A program made the translations under genes and the position numbers. Below the pieces are notes generated by a model, which was given only the letters and a program-made list of their open reading frames with translations, was not told where the DNA came from and made no database searches. A stretch of 64,000 bases of DNA, from the NCBI RefSeq assembly GCF_006345805.1, contig NC_043006.1:9796001-9860000 (forward strand). Direction: 5' to 3'. The number at the start of each line of letters is the position of its first letter. Positions within the stretch are counted from its first letter, which is position 1. Origin of the DNA: Octopus sinensis. Taxonomy: Eukaryota. Below are positions 38,571 to 52,794 of this stretch, one piece after another.

Positions 38571-40314
38571 ATCCGGCTGTTGGGCAACGATGTATGTATA
38601 TATGTACGTAAGAAATTAACTTTGAACATAGAAGTTAAAGATAATTTTACCTGATAAATTTGAGTGGATACTTTATCCAAATGTTTAAGATTTGAAATTT
38701 TATAAATATTAAACCTCATAGTGAAATACTGGGTATGAATATGTCGAGCTTATATTCTTATTAAAGATTTGCTCGTTACATATATGTAATATACGTATTA
38801 TTGCAAAGTAAGATAAATATACATCTAGTGAAAGTTTTACGAACAATTCAGCGGAGTGTTATCATGAAGCACTTTGCACAAGTATCTGCACAGAATAATT
38901 AGAATATATCAGTGCTAAATATGTAATATGTTTAAAACATAAAATTCCAAACCCTGTTTAGTAAAACCTTATCAATAAAATACTATTCCAATTCTAACAA
39001 TTGTGAATGAAATTATGTGAATACCAATCTGTGGAAATTAGAATAAATCTCCTTTCCTACCGAAAGTAGATGCAAACTTATGCATACAGCCAACATAAAA
39101 CTTAACCTCGAAGGAATCTGGAAAGCCATAGACTTATTGCTTAACATTAAACGCAAATTCAAAATTAAATGCATTGATCGATAGACAGATAGATAAATAG
39201 ATAGATAGAAATGGTTCAATCTTGCAAACCGAACGTTATCATTGTGTACATATGTCTAGAACCTGAAGCATAAAATTAGGTAAGTCGTTATGAAACTAAA
39301 TTCGAAATTTAAATCAACCAATGCACCATGTAATAAGGTTTGCATTTACTTAAAATGTTAATAACATCAGTTTACATTCCAGCGCCCCTGAATCATAGGA
39401 AATTCTATTCCAGCATCCAGATACTCAAGAATCTCGGCAATTTATAATTCATCAATTTATTTACATTTGAAATAGCTGTTAAATATTTATCGGATTTACA
39501 CACCTAAATGTATACCTAGTAAACTGATCTATTTGGAATAGGTATAAAAAATGTCACTCTACCATAGTGTAAATCATTGTCACAATAAAATTTACAATAA
39601 ACTGAATGTTTACCATTTAATGGCTTTTCACCAACAGCAACGAATATTTAATAAGTGAGGTATTTTAACATATCTATTGGTTCAAATGTATTTGAAGAGT
39701 TTGAATTTCAACTCAGTTAGACAAATATTATATAACAACTTAAAAACGTAACTTCAACCATTACTTTTCCCAAAACTACGAATGTATTAAACCATACTTT
39801 ATTTTACTGTAATTCGGCTAACCATAAACTGCAGCTAAACATGCAGGGAAAGATTCATATCTCAAAATTTATACTTAAAATACATTTAAGATTAGGGAAA
39901 AAATATATTATATTACACAGATCTCTTAATTACATTTGTTGCTTTAATTTTTTCTTACCCTGAAATATAATGGGTGTTTATTGTGTTTTTCATTACACGA
40001 TACCATTGGGACTTTATACTACAGTTTTGATCTAGTAATTATGCATAGAATATATGCATATGTATAAATTTCAGAAGTTTAATCTGTGAGATTGTTTGTT
40101 CATACACACACACACACACACATACATACACACACACATCCACACACACACACATACACACACGCATGCACTAGCACACGTACACGTCCATATACACACA
40201 TGCATACGTGCTCACGCATACATACATTCACACAAACACATACACACATGTCAGTCTTCATATATGTTTACACCCGCTGCAGTATTTTACGGTGCTATTA
40301 TTTAATTCAATCAG

Positions 40315-40525
40315 GCGTCGAGTTGGCAGAATCGTTAGCAGGACGGGCGAAATCCTTAACAGTATTTCGCCTGTCACTACGTTCTAAGTTCAAGTTCCGC
40401 CGAGGTCGACTTTGCTTTTCATCCTTTCTGGGTCAATAAATTAAGTACCAGAGAAATTCTGGGGTAGATGTAATCGACTAGTCCCCCGCCCCAAAAAATT
40501 CAGACCTAGTGCCTATATTAAGAAG
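40315..40525 (+). mobile_element. SINE family B, tail type 2 (a second head fragment follows at ~40545-40650)
   Basis: TGGCAGAATCG A box, AAGTTCAAGTTCC B box, core. Confidence 0.85.
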
Positions 40526-41179
40526 GTTATTATTTAATGCAGTGACGGCGATGACCTGGTAGATTGGTTAGTACGTTCAAGGAAATGTGTCGATTATTTC
40601 GTCCGTCTTTATGTTCTGAGTTCTAATTCCATCGAAGTCTAATTTCCTTTTCCTTTGAAGAGAAAATTAATGTTTCGGTTCTGTCAGAAAAAATTTATCC
40701 GTTTCTTTCCGATGTTATTTGAATTAACGTGAAAAATATTGTTATCGTCGTGTTTTATACTTTATTGCAATATTCTAAAGATATATGGAAAGAGAGAGCG
40801 AGGGAGAGATAGAGAAAGAGAGACAGACTGACAGACAGACAAATAGACAGTCAGGCAGGCAGACAGACAAAAAGTGTTTCAAGTACAAAAATGAGCATTT
40901 TCATCTGCTGACTTTCTTCGCTTTCAGTCCAATTCCCTAAGGTATCAATTGTGAGTCATGCATCAAATATCCCGTTGCGTTCTGGTCGACCAGTTCAGAT
41001 CAAAGGGGGCCGATACACACACACATATTCACACACTCACACATTCGCACCCACACACTTACACCTACACGTACACACACATGCATATTGAAATGTGTGT
41101 GTCTGTGTGTCTATGTGTGTGTGTGTGTGTATCATGTAACCCACTCATGATTCACTCGCTATCACCGTCACTCGACGCT

Positions 41180-41593
41180 TGATTTCCCAGGAACCAGCCT
41201 GGCGGCACGGCGTGCTTCATCAGTGGGACAACACTCGCCCCATAATTCGCGAATTTCAGAAGAAATATTATTGAAGAACTCGGCTAGGAAGCGCTACTGC
41301 ACCCACCGAATTTTTCAGATGTAGCGCCTTAAGGTGATTACCTTCCTCGGTTAATCTCCAACACTGTGCGAATCATATCCTTCAACAATGACGTCGATCA
41401 GCAATTGGGGCCAAATAATTTCTTCGGGTCAAGATTTCTGTCGTTAAAGCATTGACAAACTAGTTCACTTTGGCGTAATGACGTGAACAATGATAGCATA
41501 CATATATGGTTGACGCATTTGTAAAAATTGCTAGAGAAAAATAATGAATAAAATAAATGGGAAAAAACGGTCGAATTTATGTGACAGCTCAAT
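41180..41593 (+). pseudogene. Mariner 3' fragment with TIR-like end
   Basis: WDNTRPH (HDNARPH-like), LLHPP..DVAP*.DY, FNND, IDKL remnants. Confidence 0.65.
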
Positions 41594-41869
41594 GGCCCAA
41601 AATATAAATACATGCATATGAATATACAGACATGCATATAATATGTATATGCATATATAGAGAGCTATTAAGTCGACAGCTATTAACAAGGTTGCAGAAG
41701 AACCGATAATTTTGGAAAGGAAAAATATATTGATGCAGTAATGGATATTGAACCGCTGTGTGTGTGTGTTAGACATTAAGGCAGTATGACTCTAACCAGA
41801 CAAAACAAAATTTGTTTCAACACACGAACTCACATGTAAAATTATTTCAAACCAGATACAGAAGTGAAC

Positions 41870-41986
<117 letters not shown>

Positions 41987-41989
41987 TGA

Positions 41990-42080
41990 TAGATATATAG
42001 ATATAGATATAGATATAGATATAGATATAGATATAGATATAGATATAGATATAGATATAGATATAGATATAGATATAGAT
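41990..42080. repeat. (TAGATA)n hexanucleotide repeat inside a TA tract
   Basis: Direct reading. Confidence 0.95.
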
Positions 42081-43648
42081 ACACACACATATGTATATAT
42101 ATATATATATACATATACATGAAACAAACATACACATGCACGCACACATATGTACGTGTGTATGCATGTTTGAATTGAATACGTGTGTGTGTTTATAAAG
42201 ACTCATGAAACTTTTATGAATCGGCAACTCCTAAGAGTTCATCTACATAAGAGCAAATGTTAATTTTCAGGATTCGATGTAGATTTCACAAAACATGTGT
42301 ATGCAACGTTTTTCGCTGTAAGGTGATAAAGAAAAATCAATGTGATCACGTGCCATCTTAATATAAGCGATGCTTGTACAAATCTCGAAGTTGTAAGGAG
42401 GCAAGCAATACAAGATCTCCCCACTCAGTAATCTTGATTCGGCTCAACGTTCATATCAGAGTATAATCTCACCGTAACCTCTCTCGTGTTCTGCCATTTA
42501 TTCATATACATAGTCTCTTGTTGTACAGATCATATGTACGAAGAACGAGATATATTGTTTTTGGCATTCTATCAAAAACAAGTGCTTCTATAGTTTTTCC
42601 TTACTTCAGTAGTAAAAAGCAAATCATGTTGCTTCCAATAATGTCAATATGTACCCAATAATGTGTCCGTATGTGTGTGTGAGTGTTTGTCTAGTGTGTG
42701 TGCGTGTGTCTGTTTGATTGTTTCAGCGTATGTGTGTGTGTTTGTGTGTGCATGTGTGTGAATATATTGGAATAAATATTTTTCACACTGCCCGTATCAC
42801 TTTCATTGGAGATATTTTAAGATATCACATGATATAAATATATTGCATACACACGCAGGCCCACACATGGATACACGCACACAACACACGCATACACTCA
42901 CGGACACACACACACTCACATACACACCCATACGCACACACGCACACACACACACACACACACACTCACACACAAACGCAATAACAGTGTAACTAAGTCT
43001 CACATGATTTAAATTTCCGTGGTCGAGTGGAATACATCTTACTCATAAGATGTTCAAATTCTACCTCTGAAAATCTTACAAGATTTCCTACACATTTACG
43101 TAATTTTAAGCTACGAATATATGTGAGCGTCTGTGCGTATATGTGTGTGTCTTAAGTTGTGTATACGTCTGAGTAAATATGTGTTATACAGTTTCATTTC
43201 TAAATTTCTTCCGAACAGAGAAGCAACCGGTTTCTAACCGAGATCCAAGGCTTCTTCATTAGATAATTACACAAGATCAAAAGGTGTTTGTACATGTTTC
43301 TTTGTGTATGTGCAATAGTTGGTGTCAGTGCCTGAATATATCTGTATGATTTGTTTTACGTCTAGACTTGCATTTACATGGATACATTTACACGCTTTGA
43401 GTGTTTCATTGATGCTTTGTATTTGCAAACTTCTAATTAGCTTACGTATTTCTAGTTTTGAAACACACAATCTATATGTACATATGTGTGTATGTATGTA
43501 TGTATGTATGCATGTACGGGAAATATGTAAGCATGCATGTATGTATGGCATATTTTTACAGTGAATTTACAATATCGTGGAAGGTGTTTATAAGCCATTT
43601 AAGAAACACATAAAAACCGTTAGATTCACTTCAACGTATAAATTTAAT

Positions 43649-43697
43649 TTACCAAAATATTTTCGTCTCTTTGAGACCGCGACCTGTTCACTGACAA
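43649..43697 (-). ncRNA. G3:C8 hammerhead variant, unit 1
   Basis: TTGTCA GTGAACA G GTCGC..GAGAC GAAA ATATT T TGGTAA; stem I has two G.U pairs, stem II one mismatch. Confidence 0.6.
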
Positions 43698-43919
43698 AAC
43701 TTCGTGTTGCATCTGAGAAAGTAACAGTTAGTTCATGATATATATGTACGTATGTATGTGTGTGTGTATGTATGTATGTATGTATGTATGTACGGGCATA
43801 TGTAAGCATGCTTGTATGTATGGCATATATTTACAGTGAATTTACAATATTGTGGAAGGTGTTTATAAGCCATTTAAGAAACACATAAAAACCGTGTCAT
43901 TTCAACATATAAATTTAAT

Positions 43920-43968
43920 TTACCAAAATATTTTCGTCTCGTTGAGACCGCGACCTGTTCACTGATAA
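43920..43968 (-). ncRNA. G3:C8 hammerhead variant, unit 2
   Basis: Stem I 5' strand TTATCA turns one G.U into A-U against TGGTAA. Confidence 0.6.
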
Positions 43969-44044
43969 AACTTCGTGCTGCATCTGAGAAAGTAACTGTT
44001 AGTTCATGATACATATCATGTACGTATGTATGTATGTATGTATG

Positions 44045-44078
<34 letters not shown>

Positions 44079-44256
44079 TGCATGTATGTATCTATGCATG
44101 TACGTACGTATGTATATATGTATGTACGGGCATATGAAAACATGCATGTATGTATGGCATATTTTTACAGTGAATTTACAATATCGTGGAAGGTGTTTAT
44201 AAGCCATTTAAGAAACACATAAAACCGTTAGATTCACTTCAACATATAAATTTAAG

Positions 44257-44305
44257 TTACCAAAATATTTTCGTCTTTTTGAGACCGCGACCTGTTCACT
44301 GACAA
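44257..44305 (-). ncRNA. G3:C8 hammerhead variant, unit 3
   Basis: Core intact; stem II reduced to GTC/GAC. Confidence 0.55.
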
Positions 44306-44526
44306 AACGTCGTGCTGCATCTGAGAAGGTAACTGTTAGTTCATGATATATATGTACGTATGCATGTGTGTATGTATGTACGTATGTATATATGTACGGG
44401 CATATGTAAGCATGCTTGTATGTATGGCATATTTTTACAGTGCATTTAGAATACTCTGGAAGGTGTTTATAAGATATTTAAGAAACGCATAAAACCGTTA
44501 GTTTCACTTCAACATTTAAATTTAAT

Positions 44527-44575
44527 TTGTCAAAATATTTTCTTGTCTTTCAGACCACGACCCGTTCACTGACAA
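44527..44575 (-). ncRNA. G3:C8 hammerhead variant, unit 4, degraded
   Basis: Perfect stem I TTGTCA/TGACAA, but A9->G and a disrupted stem II. Confidence 0.4.
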
Positions 44576-44824
44576 AATTCCGTGCTGCATCACGAGATAG
44601 GAACAACCGTTCAAAACATGTTCTGATTTTGAAAACGGTAAAAGTGTAAACAACAAACAAAAAAATAAAGAGTGTCTTATTAGCAATTAGAACTTTAAGG
44701 AAAAAATACCAGAGGTTAAAAAAGTGACCCTATGGGTAAAGAATCACTGATGGAGATTAATATGGTCAGACGGTCCCTGGGAAGAAAGCAAACTCCTTTC
44801 CACACACACACACACGCACATATA

Positions 44825-45164
44825 TTCTTTTATCCTTTTATTTGTTTCAGTCATTTTGACTGCTGCCATGCTTTGTAAGCCTGGTACTTATTCTATCGGA
44901 CTTATTTGGCCGAACCGCTATGTTACGAGGACGTAAACACAAGCGATGGTGGCAGTACAAATGTAGACAAACACACACAAACATACATACATATATATAT
45001 ATATATTTATATATACGACAAGCTTCTTTCCGTTTTCGTCTTCTAAATCTACTCCCAAGGCCATGGTCGGCATGAGGCTATAGAAGAAGACACCTTCCCA
45101 AAATGCTGAACCAGGAACCATGTGGTTGGGAAGCAAGCTTCTTACCACACAAGCACGCCTGTAT
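44825..45164 (-). mobile_element. SINE family A, degraded with internal deletions
   Basis: Match to family A with ~45 bp missing after GCCATGC. Confidence 0.8.
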
Positions 45165-45819
45165 CTGTGTGATTATGCGTGTTTATCTCTGATTCATAAC
45201 ATAAGAGGCGTAGTGTATTTTAGAGATAATTTACGTGTTATTTTTACTCGTCCACGATATGTAGAATTCATTCCTTTTCTTCGACGCTTGATAGTTGTAA
45301 TATTACTGGCGTTTTATTTGCATTAATATGTTTTCCATAGTTTTTGACACCAAGTTAATGCTAAGCACAGAGTTTAGTTCTGCTAGCCAACATAACAATA
45401 TCTCTAAGGATTCGACGTTAACAATATTTCTTCAGTATTTATCATTTAATTATCTGGATATGGTGTTGTATTTCTTAGACACTCATATATGTTGCATTTG
45501 AGAATTAATGGGTCATCATAGGTTGTTTACTTTGTGGATTTTATTTCTTGGAGGGTAGATGACATAAATATGTCTACCATGAGTGTGGGAATAGATATTG
45601 AAGCATGAGGTTTGTAATGCATTAGGAATGTAAACGCACATGTGTAACTACATAAGTACATTACCGCACATACTAATACACACACAACACACATACAGCA
45701 CATACGCATACACACAAACACAGAAATGTATATGGTTGTGTATGTCTGTGTGTCTGTATATATATATATATGTATATATGTATATATATATTTATGCATA
45801 TACATACAAATATATACAA

Positions 45820-45866
<47 letters not shown>

Positions 45867-46266
45867 CTCTTTTACTCTTTTACTTGTTTCAGTCATTTGA
45901 CTGCGGCCATGCTGGAGCACCGCCTATAGTCGAGCAAATCTACCCCGGGACTTATTCTTTGTAAGCCCAGTACTTATTATATCGGTCTCTTTTGCCGAAC
46001 CGCTAGGTGACAGGGACGTAAACACACCAGCATCGGTTGTCAAGCAAACACAGACACACAAACACATACACACACACACCATATATATATATATACATAT
46101 ATACGACAGGCTTCTTTCAGTTTCCGTCTACCAAATCCACTCACAAGGCATTGGTCGACCCGGGGCTATAGCAGAAGACACTTGCCCAAGATGCCACGAA
46201 GTGGGACTGAACCCGGAACCATGTGGTTGGTAAGCAAGCTACTTACCGCACAGCCACTCCTGCGCC
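45867..46266 (-). mobile_element. Full-length SINE family A within TA tracts
   Basis: A/B boxes, body, tail. Confidence 0.92.
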
Positions 46267-46374
46267 AAATATGTATGTATACGTATATATATATATATAA
46301 TATATATATATATAGATATATATATATATATATATATAATATCTATATATATATATATATATGTATATGTATAT

Positions 46375-46406
<32 letters not shown>

Positions 46407-46422
46407 GTATATATATATTAAT

Positions 46423-46467
<45 letters not shown>

Positions 46468-46627
46468 TTGTATATAATTGTATGTATATGCATAAATATA
46501 AATATACATATATATATATATTATATATATATATAGAGAGAGAGAAAGATAGATAGCTAGATAGATTACATATAGATATACATACATATATATATATACA
46601 TACATATATAATATATATATATGTATA

Positions 46628-46659
<32 letters not shown>

Positions 46660-46688
46660 TATTATATATATATATATATACATATATA

Positions 46689-46725
<37 letters not shown>

Positions 46726-47414
46726 CATATATATATACATTTGTGTATGTACGAACGCATGTATACATTCATGCATGCTTGCTTACATACATGCATACGT
46801 ATATATGGCTCGCATTCTTAAGAAATTATCAGTGTGTAACAGATTCCCTTTCAATTGCTGAAGGTATGGAATCGCCTGCATGATTGTATATATTTGTAGT
46901 TTTACGGAAAGTTTTTTTAAATAACTCTTGAAATCAATTTCGGAAAATTCAACTTCAGTTCTCTATAATTATCTCCACTCTACTTCGTTACTAAAATATT
47001 ATACAATTTCTTTTTCTTCCACCGTCTATGATCAAAATTACATTTAATTAAAATATTTGTTGGCATGGAATATATTATCACATTGTCTCATTTTTATATG
47101 TTCCCTCTATACGTTCTCAAAACGTATCTCGGTTAGTGATTATAGTACGTTGTTCTTTTGTTTCCTTTTTCTATTAATTTTTTAAAACTGTAATTTCTAT
47201 ATTATTTTTTAGAAGTGCCATAAAGTTTAGTGTGTCATCTGAATCGGCATTAGTTGAATGCTTTAAATATAACCAGAAAAAAAGGGCTGAAATTGAGTAT
47301 AATTAATGTAAATGACTGACCAACCCTGTGTAAAATTAATATCTATTTAAGAAAACAAACTCACATCAACAAAAGCAATACCGTTACTTTCCCATATCGT
47401 ATCATGATCATGTT

Positions 47415-47420
47415 CATTAC

Positions 47421-47486
<66 letters not shown>

Positions 47487-47512
47487 CATTCTTCTTCTTC
47501 TTCTTCTTCTTC

Positions 47513-47546
<34 letters not shown>

Positions 47547-47569
47547 TATTATTATTATTATTATTATTA

Positions 47570-47617
<48 letters not shown>

Positions 47618-48330
47618 CATTATTATTATTATACTATTATTACATTATTATTATTACTATTAATATATTATTATTATTATTATTATTATCATTCTTCTTC
47701 TTATTATTATTATTACTACTATTATTATTATTATTATTATTACTATTATTATTATTATTATCATCATTATTATCCCTAATTTCCATTGCCATTAACAAAC
47801 GAGCCATCACTAACAGCAGCGTGATCTGACAATATTAAAATAACCATCGTCATCATTGTTTTCATCAGCATAAACATCGTAATTTACGACGTAGTCCTCG
47901 TTGTCATACTTCTCCACTTACAGCTCCTACTCCTACTCCTCCGCATCATCATCGTCATTTTCTACAAAATCATCATCAAAATCGTCAACACGATCATAGT
48001 TATTATCGAGACCAGTACCATCACCACCACACTACCTCAAACCCCCAATCATCTTAGTTATCATCATCGTCGCCAGCTACGCCTTACCCGCCACCGAACA
48101 CGTTATTACAATCATCATTATCATAATGACTGTCATCATTATACTTAACTCCAACACCACCACTGCAATCCTCCTCATCCTCATCATCACCACCATCATC
48201 ATCATCACCACCATAATCACAATCATTACTATAATCAAACCATTCTCAACAACTACACCATCCACATCGTCTTCATCGTCTTCAACCCCCATCTCCGTGT
48301 TTATCGTAATTATAGTCTGCGAATCATCGG
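47415..48330. repeat. (ATT)n microsatellite followed by degenerate (ATC)-rich low-complexity sequence
   Basis: Direct reading. Confidence 0.9.
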
Positions 48331-49699
48331 TGTTCCATTTCCTCTGTAATTTACCATCCCTTATTACAATTTTCTTTGTTTCTATGCGAGAACTTTGCGT
48401 ATTTCCTTTGTGTATTTCCAACGTTTGCATCAATCAAAAATATAGAAATCAGGTATAAATATCCTACCCCTCAGATAAAATCACTTTTTATGATCTCACA
48501 ACAAACACATAACGAAACAGAGAAAAACTTTTTGAAAACAAAGAATAGAATACAAGACTGGATGCGGAATACTTACAACATATTAAGTATTTATTAATGC
48601 GAAAATTACTGGGGCTTCTGTAATGGATTGTATCTACTGATTAAATAATTAGCATTATTTCGTTTCTATACTTCTCGTGTGCACACAGGAAAACACACGC
48701 ACGAACACATAAATTCATGCATTATACATACATACATATATACGTATTAAGAGAATGTGTAAGCATGAGTACGTGCGTGTGTGTATATCACGTGGATGTA
48801 CGGGCGTATTTATGTATACTTATGCGCGCATAGCAAAAGCAAGTATACAGGCATCTCTGTTTCTACATCTGTATCTATGTGTATTTGTACGTTATCTTCT
48901 ATTTTTAATTTTATGAATTCTGCGCGAATGGAAAAGGTTGGTTTCTAACAAAGATAAAATGCTGTATTGTTGCAGTTTAAGTAACAAAACCAATGTTACA
49001 TGTAGAGCATGAATATGAAATTCTTACCTATTTTGTTTGTTCCCATAACAGATTCATTTCTAATATGCAACTTAACTGGTTAATTTCCTTTTCTGAAAAC
49101 TCTAGCATGTCTAGATTTTCAAACGGATATTTATAAACATAACCAACACCAATAATAATTAATATAAATGTGAATTGATTTCTCTGGGTACAGAAGCTGA
49201 AGGTTTTCGAAGCGGTTGTCTCTAGCTATGTTTTAATTTTGGATGAGATAATCACATCAGAATGGCAAATACCTCTATGATGGTACATACGTTTTGTTGC
49301 TCGTCTCAAAGCAACAATATAAGTCCTAACTTGTTTGCTTCTGGTAGAAGCTGTTCCGCCAATATCCCTTGTTCAATGTATGTATTTATTCAATAGCAGA
49401 TGGGTTCTCTACATTTCGTCGAAGATAGCTTTTACTCAGATGGAGCATGTATATATCTATGCATGAATATATGGTTTCACGTATGTATTTATGAATGAAT
49501 GTTCGTAATTATAAAATGAATGTATGAATTTATCTCTGTATGAATGTCGAAGCATATGTTACGAAGTTCCATATATTTTTTTCTCTTTTCTACTTTATTT
49601 CTGGTGATTTTACCTTTTCTGCCTCTTCTCTTAACCATGTCTCTATATCACTGTCATCTATTTCTAAAATTTTTCTTTCTCTGTCTCTACAATTTCTCT

Positions 49700-50245
49700 A
49701 TTTCACCCTCATGCAGTTACACTCCTGAATCTTTCTCCTTCGCTAAATCAACTGACGTCTTCAACAATGCCTCCTCATTCTGTGACTCATTCTTGCATAC
49801 CTTCCCAATTATTTTTTCACTTTCTTTCTCCACCAATCTTTTGTCTTCCTTCTTTCTGGTCGCATCATTCCTTCCCACCTCTTCGTTCTTCTTTTCCTGG
49901 TTACCTGGCGGCGGACTCGCTCTTCTGCTTCTCCTTCTTTTTCCTTCCAATACTGTGAATTCCTACTCCTCTGTCCTCTCTTCCCTCTCCCCCTGTACCA
50001 CCCGCTCCACACTTTCCCGCCTCTCCCTCTGCTCTCTCTGTGACCACCTCGCCTTTATGTGGCCCTTCTCACCACATTCAAAACATACAGGCGGCCCACC
50101 CTCTACCTTCATTTCCATTTCCAAGCCGTCAGGTAGCACATTCTCCTCTGCAATCCCATTCAAATCCTCCACCATTGCCTGGTCAGTGAGTTCGATCCCA
50201 CATCCCCAGCAGCTGAGCTTACTAGCTCCTTTGGCCCTCAGCATT
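49700..50245 (-). pseudogene. Gag-like ORF1 fragment with CCHC knuckle (L1/Tx1-like LINE, tentative)
   Basis: VEGGPPVCFECGEKGHIKARW (CX2CX4HX4C with the last C as W, 50044-50087), followed by an E/K/R-rich tract. Confidence 0.65.
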
Positions 50246-51164
50246 CCGAATTATGCGTGTAGATATGTGCAATACATCTTGATATTAAATTTTCTTCCTA
50301 AACATGAGAACCCGAATTCATTCCATAGAGACTTTGGTTCTGGCAGTATCTGCTAAATTAAGTTCTGAATGTGCATTTTTTGAGAGACAAAGAAAGAGGT
50401 TTGTATTCTACCAATACATACATGAAATTATGCGCCAAAAAATGGTACTAAAAATTTCAAAATAATTTCACATGTTAACAATTCGCAATAACTAGGTTGT
50501 AGGTAGTACACAAGTATTAAAATATTCGTTTCCTTTTCCTTAGACAAAAAAAAAAAATATAAAGTTTTATGATTCGGTTGCCACCGCTTTTCTTTTGTTC
50601 CACTATAAAACAAACGATTTTAAAATTCGCACACAATTTAGCTAAAAACTGAAATGCTGGCCAAAATTTCCATATCTTGCATTTATTACATAAGTGATAA
50701 AAGCATTAATATTTTACGAACACTCAGCGTATGTAAGGAATGCGAAATTGAATATAATGTGCTTGGTTGACATTTTATAATGTTAAATTCCGTAGGAATG
50801 TAAATATAACGTTATAAATATATATCGTTATATATATGTGTGTGAGTGTGTGTGTCTGTATGCGCGCGCGTACATGCGTGCGGACGGGCATGTGTGTGTA
50901 GGTATATGCATGGTTGTGCCATAAGAACCACATTGTTCCGGGTTCAAACCCAAGCCAGTGCCTTCCGCAATAGCTCCGAGCCATGTGAGTAGGTTTGGTC
51001 GATGCAATCAGAAGAACGTGCCGTATAGGTATATAGAATATGAGGACTTTAGTTCACTGTTGTTATAAAAACAATAGGTACGCTGGGTAAGTGTTATAAC
51101 TGGCCATCCGTTAGGTTCCAAGTTCATAGCTGAGGCTGAAGCTAGAGACCCGTAGTAGGCTTCC

Positions 51165-51215
<51 letters not shown>

Positions 51216-51218
51216 AAT

Positions 51219-51280
<62 letters not shown>

Positions 51281-51540
51281 ATTATATATATATTATAATA
51301 TATATATATATATATAATATATATATATATATAATATATATTCAGGTTTGGCCAGTGATTCAAAAGTATTTAATTCCGAGATTTATTTATGTTTAACAAT
51401 TGAATGAATTTAATAGCAACATCTAACTATGAAACGTCATGAAAATTGTTCAAACTGAAGTCCTTCTTGTAAACATTCATAATTGGATTGAATAAATAGA
51501 AATGGATATTAATGTATTTATGTGTGTACGTGTGTATGTA

Positions 51541-51825
51541 CACATATGGGCACAAGACGTCATCAACTGTGCAAACAGCATGAAATAAGTAAACAGACGA
51601 GATAAATACGTAAACAACGAGAAAAAATGGGGGAAAAGAACAAGTAAAAACAAAGAAAGTACCTACCAAGATACACAGCCGACAACTGATGAAGGGTCTT
51701 TCCTTCTTTTTACTGTCCCGTTTTCCATTTCTTCCTCACGTGGTTTACGTATTTAACTTATTTGTTTACGCATTTCAAGTTGTTTGCACAGTTTGTGACG
51801 TCCTAGACCCCATATACGGATGTAT
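51541..51825. repeat. Inverted pair of a short repeat (51541-51660 minus, 51681-51825 plus); third copy at 52550-52680
   Basis: GTTTGCACAGTT.GTGACGTC.TG..CCCA.AT.TG block in all three; plus-strand copies start GACAACTGATGAAGG. Confidence 0.75.
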
Positions 51826-51919
51826 ATATATATATATATATTTCAAAATGTGACCTCGTGTGGACCGTTGGCGATTTTTTTCCTCTGTCATCCCTTCTCT
51901 GGATCTTTCCTTCTCCTAT

Positions 51920-51954
51920 GTTTCCGACGAAGAGCTCCGCTCGAAACGTTAAAC
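51920..51954 (+). ncRNA. Minimal type-I hammerhead motif (U4->C) in a Penelope-type repeat 51850-52045
   Basis: Stem I GTTT/AAAC; CCGACGAA; stem II GAGC-tcc-GCTC; GAAA; stem III ACGT; site GUU. Confidence 0.6.
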
Positions 51955-52704
51955 CCTCCTTCTTTCCTTCTTTCCTGAGCATCCAATAATACTATATTTG
52001 TTCCACGTCCTCGCGTTCTTGTGTTTTTTGTTTTCTTGTTTGGATTAACTATATATATATATATCATTTATTATTATTTAATTGAATGTCATGCATCCAT
52101 TTCCAAATAGGTTTATCTTCACCTTTTTGATGCAACACCACTCTATACTGTTTTCTTTCTCCATCCATTTCCAACTCCCTTTTCTCTCCCTACACTTTCA
52201 CCGTTTTCTATCTGTCTCTCCCTCACCCCGCCTCATTCTCTCTCTCGTTGCTGACACGTGATCATCCTACATTTTTCTTTTTTTCTGCACCGACGATCAA
52301 AATATTGGACGTTTTTTCTCTCTCTTCTATCTTTTCTCTTTTCAAAGAAAATATTTCTTCCAGCGTTCAATATTTTCCTCTCATTCTAATCTAACGACCC
52401 CCCATTTGTGTTTTCGTTCGGTTTCATTGCATGTCTAAACTGTCCTGCAATTTTTGCAATTTTGACCCTCCATAAATGCAAAATTTTAATTTAGAATTTA
52501 TGAAAGCAACTGTCTTTGAAGACACATTTTGTGGTTTAATGCTCGAAATGACAACTGATGAAGGATCCTTTCTCTGTTTACTTGTCCTGTTTTCCAACTT
52601 CATTATTTCTGTATTTAACGCGTTTCTTTATGTATTTCATGTTGTTTGCACAGTTGGTGACGTCCTGTGCCCACATATGCATATATATCACTTATTATCA
52701 TTAT

Positions 52705-52735
<31 letters not shown>

Positions 52736-52749
52736 TATATATATGTGTG

Positions 52750-52794
<45 letters not shown>

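Larger units (their letters stand above)
43514..44592 (-). repeat. Tandem array of 4 family-3 (G3:C8 HHR) units with (TATG)n spacers
   Basis: GTACGGG at 43514, 43790, 44124, 44394 (periods 276, 334, 270); same family as 27099-27392. Confidence 0.93.

Noticed and set aside
49544-50356. Longest ORF (270 aa, plus strand)
   Set aside because: S/F/L-rich antisense shadow of the purine-rich minus-strand ORF1 remnant.
51395-51450. ATAG/CTAT stem followed by GAAACGTC
   Set aside because: 3' half looks HHR-like but no recognisable NUGANNA core; at most a decayed relic.
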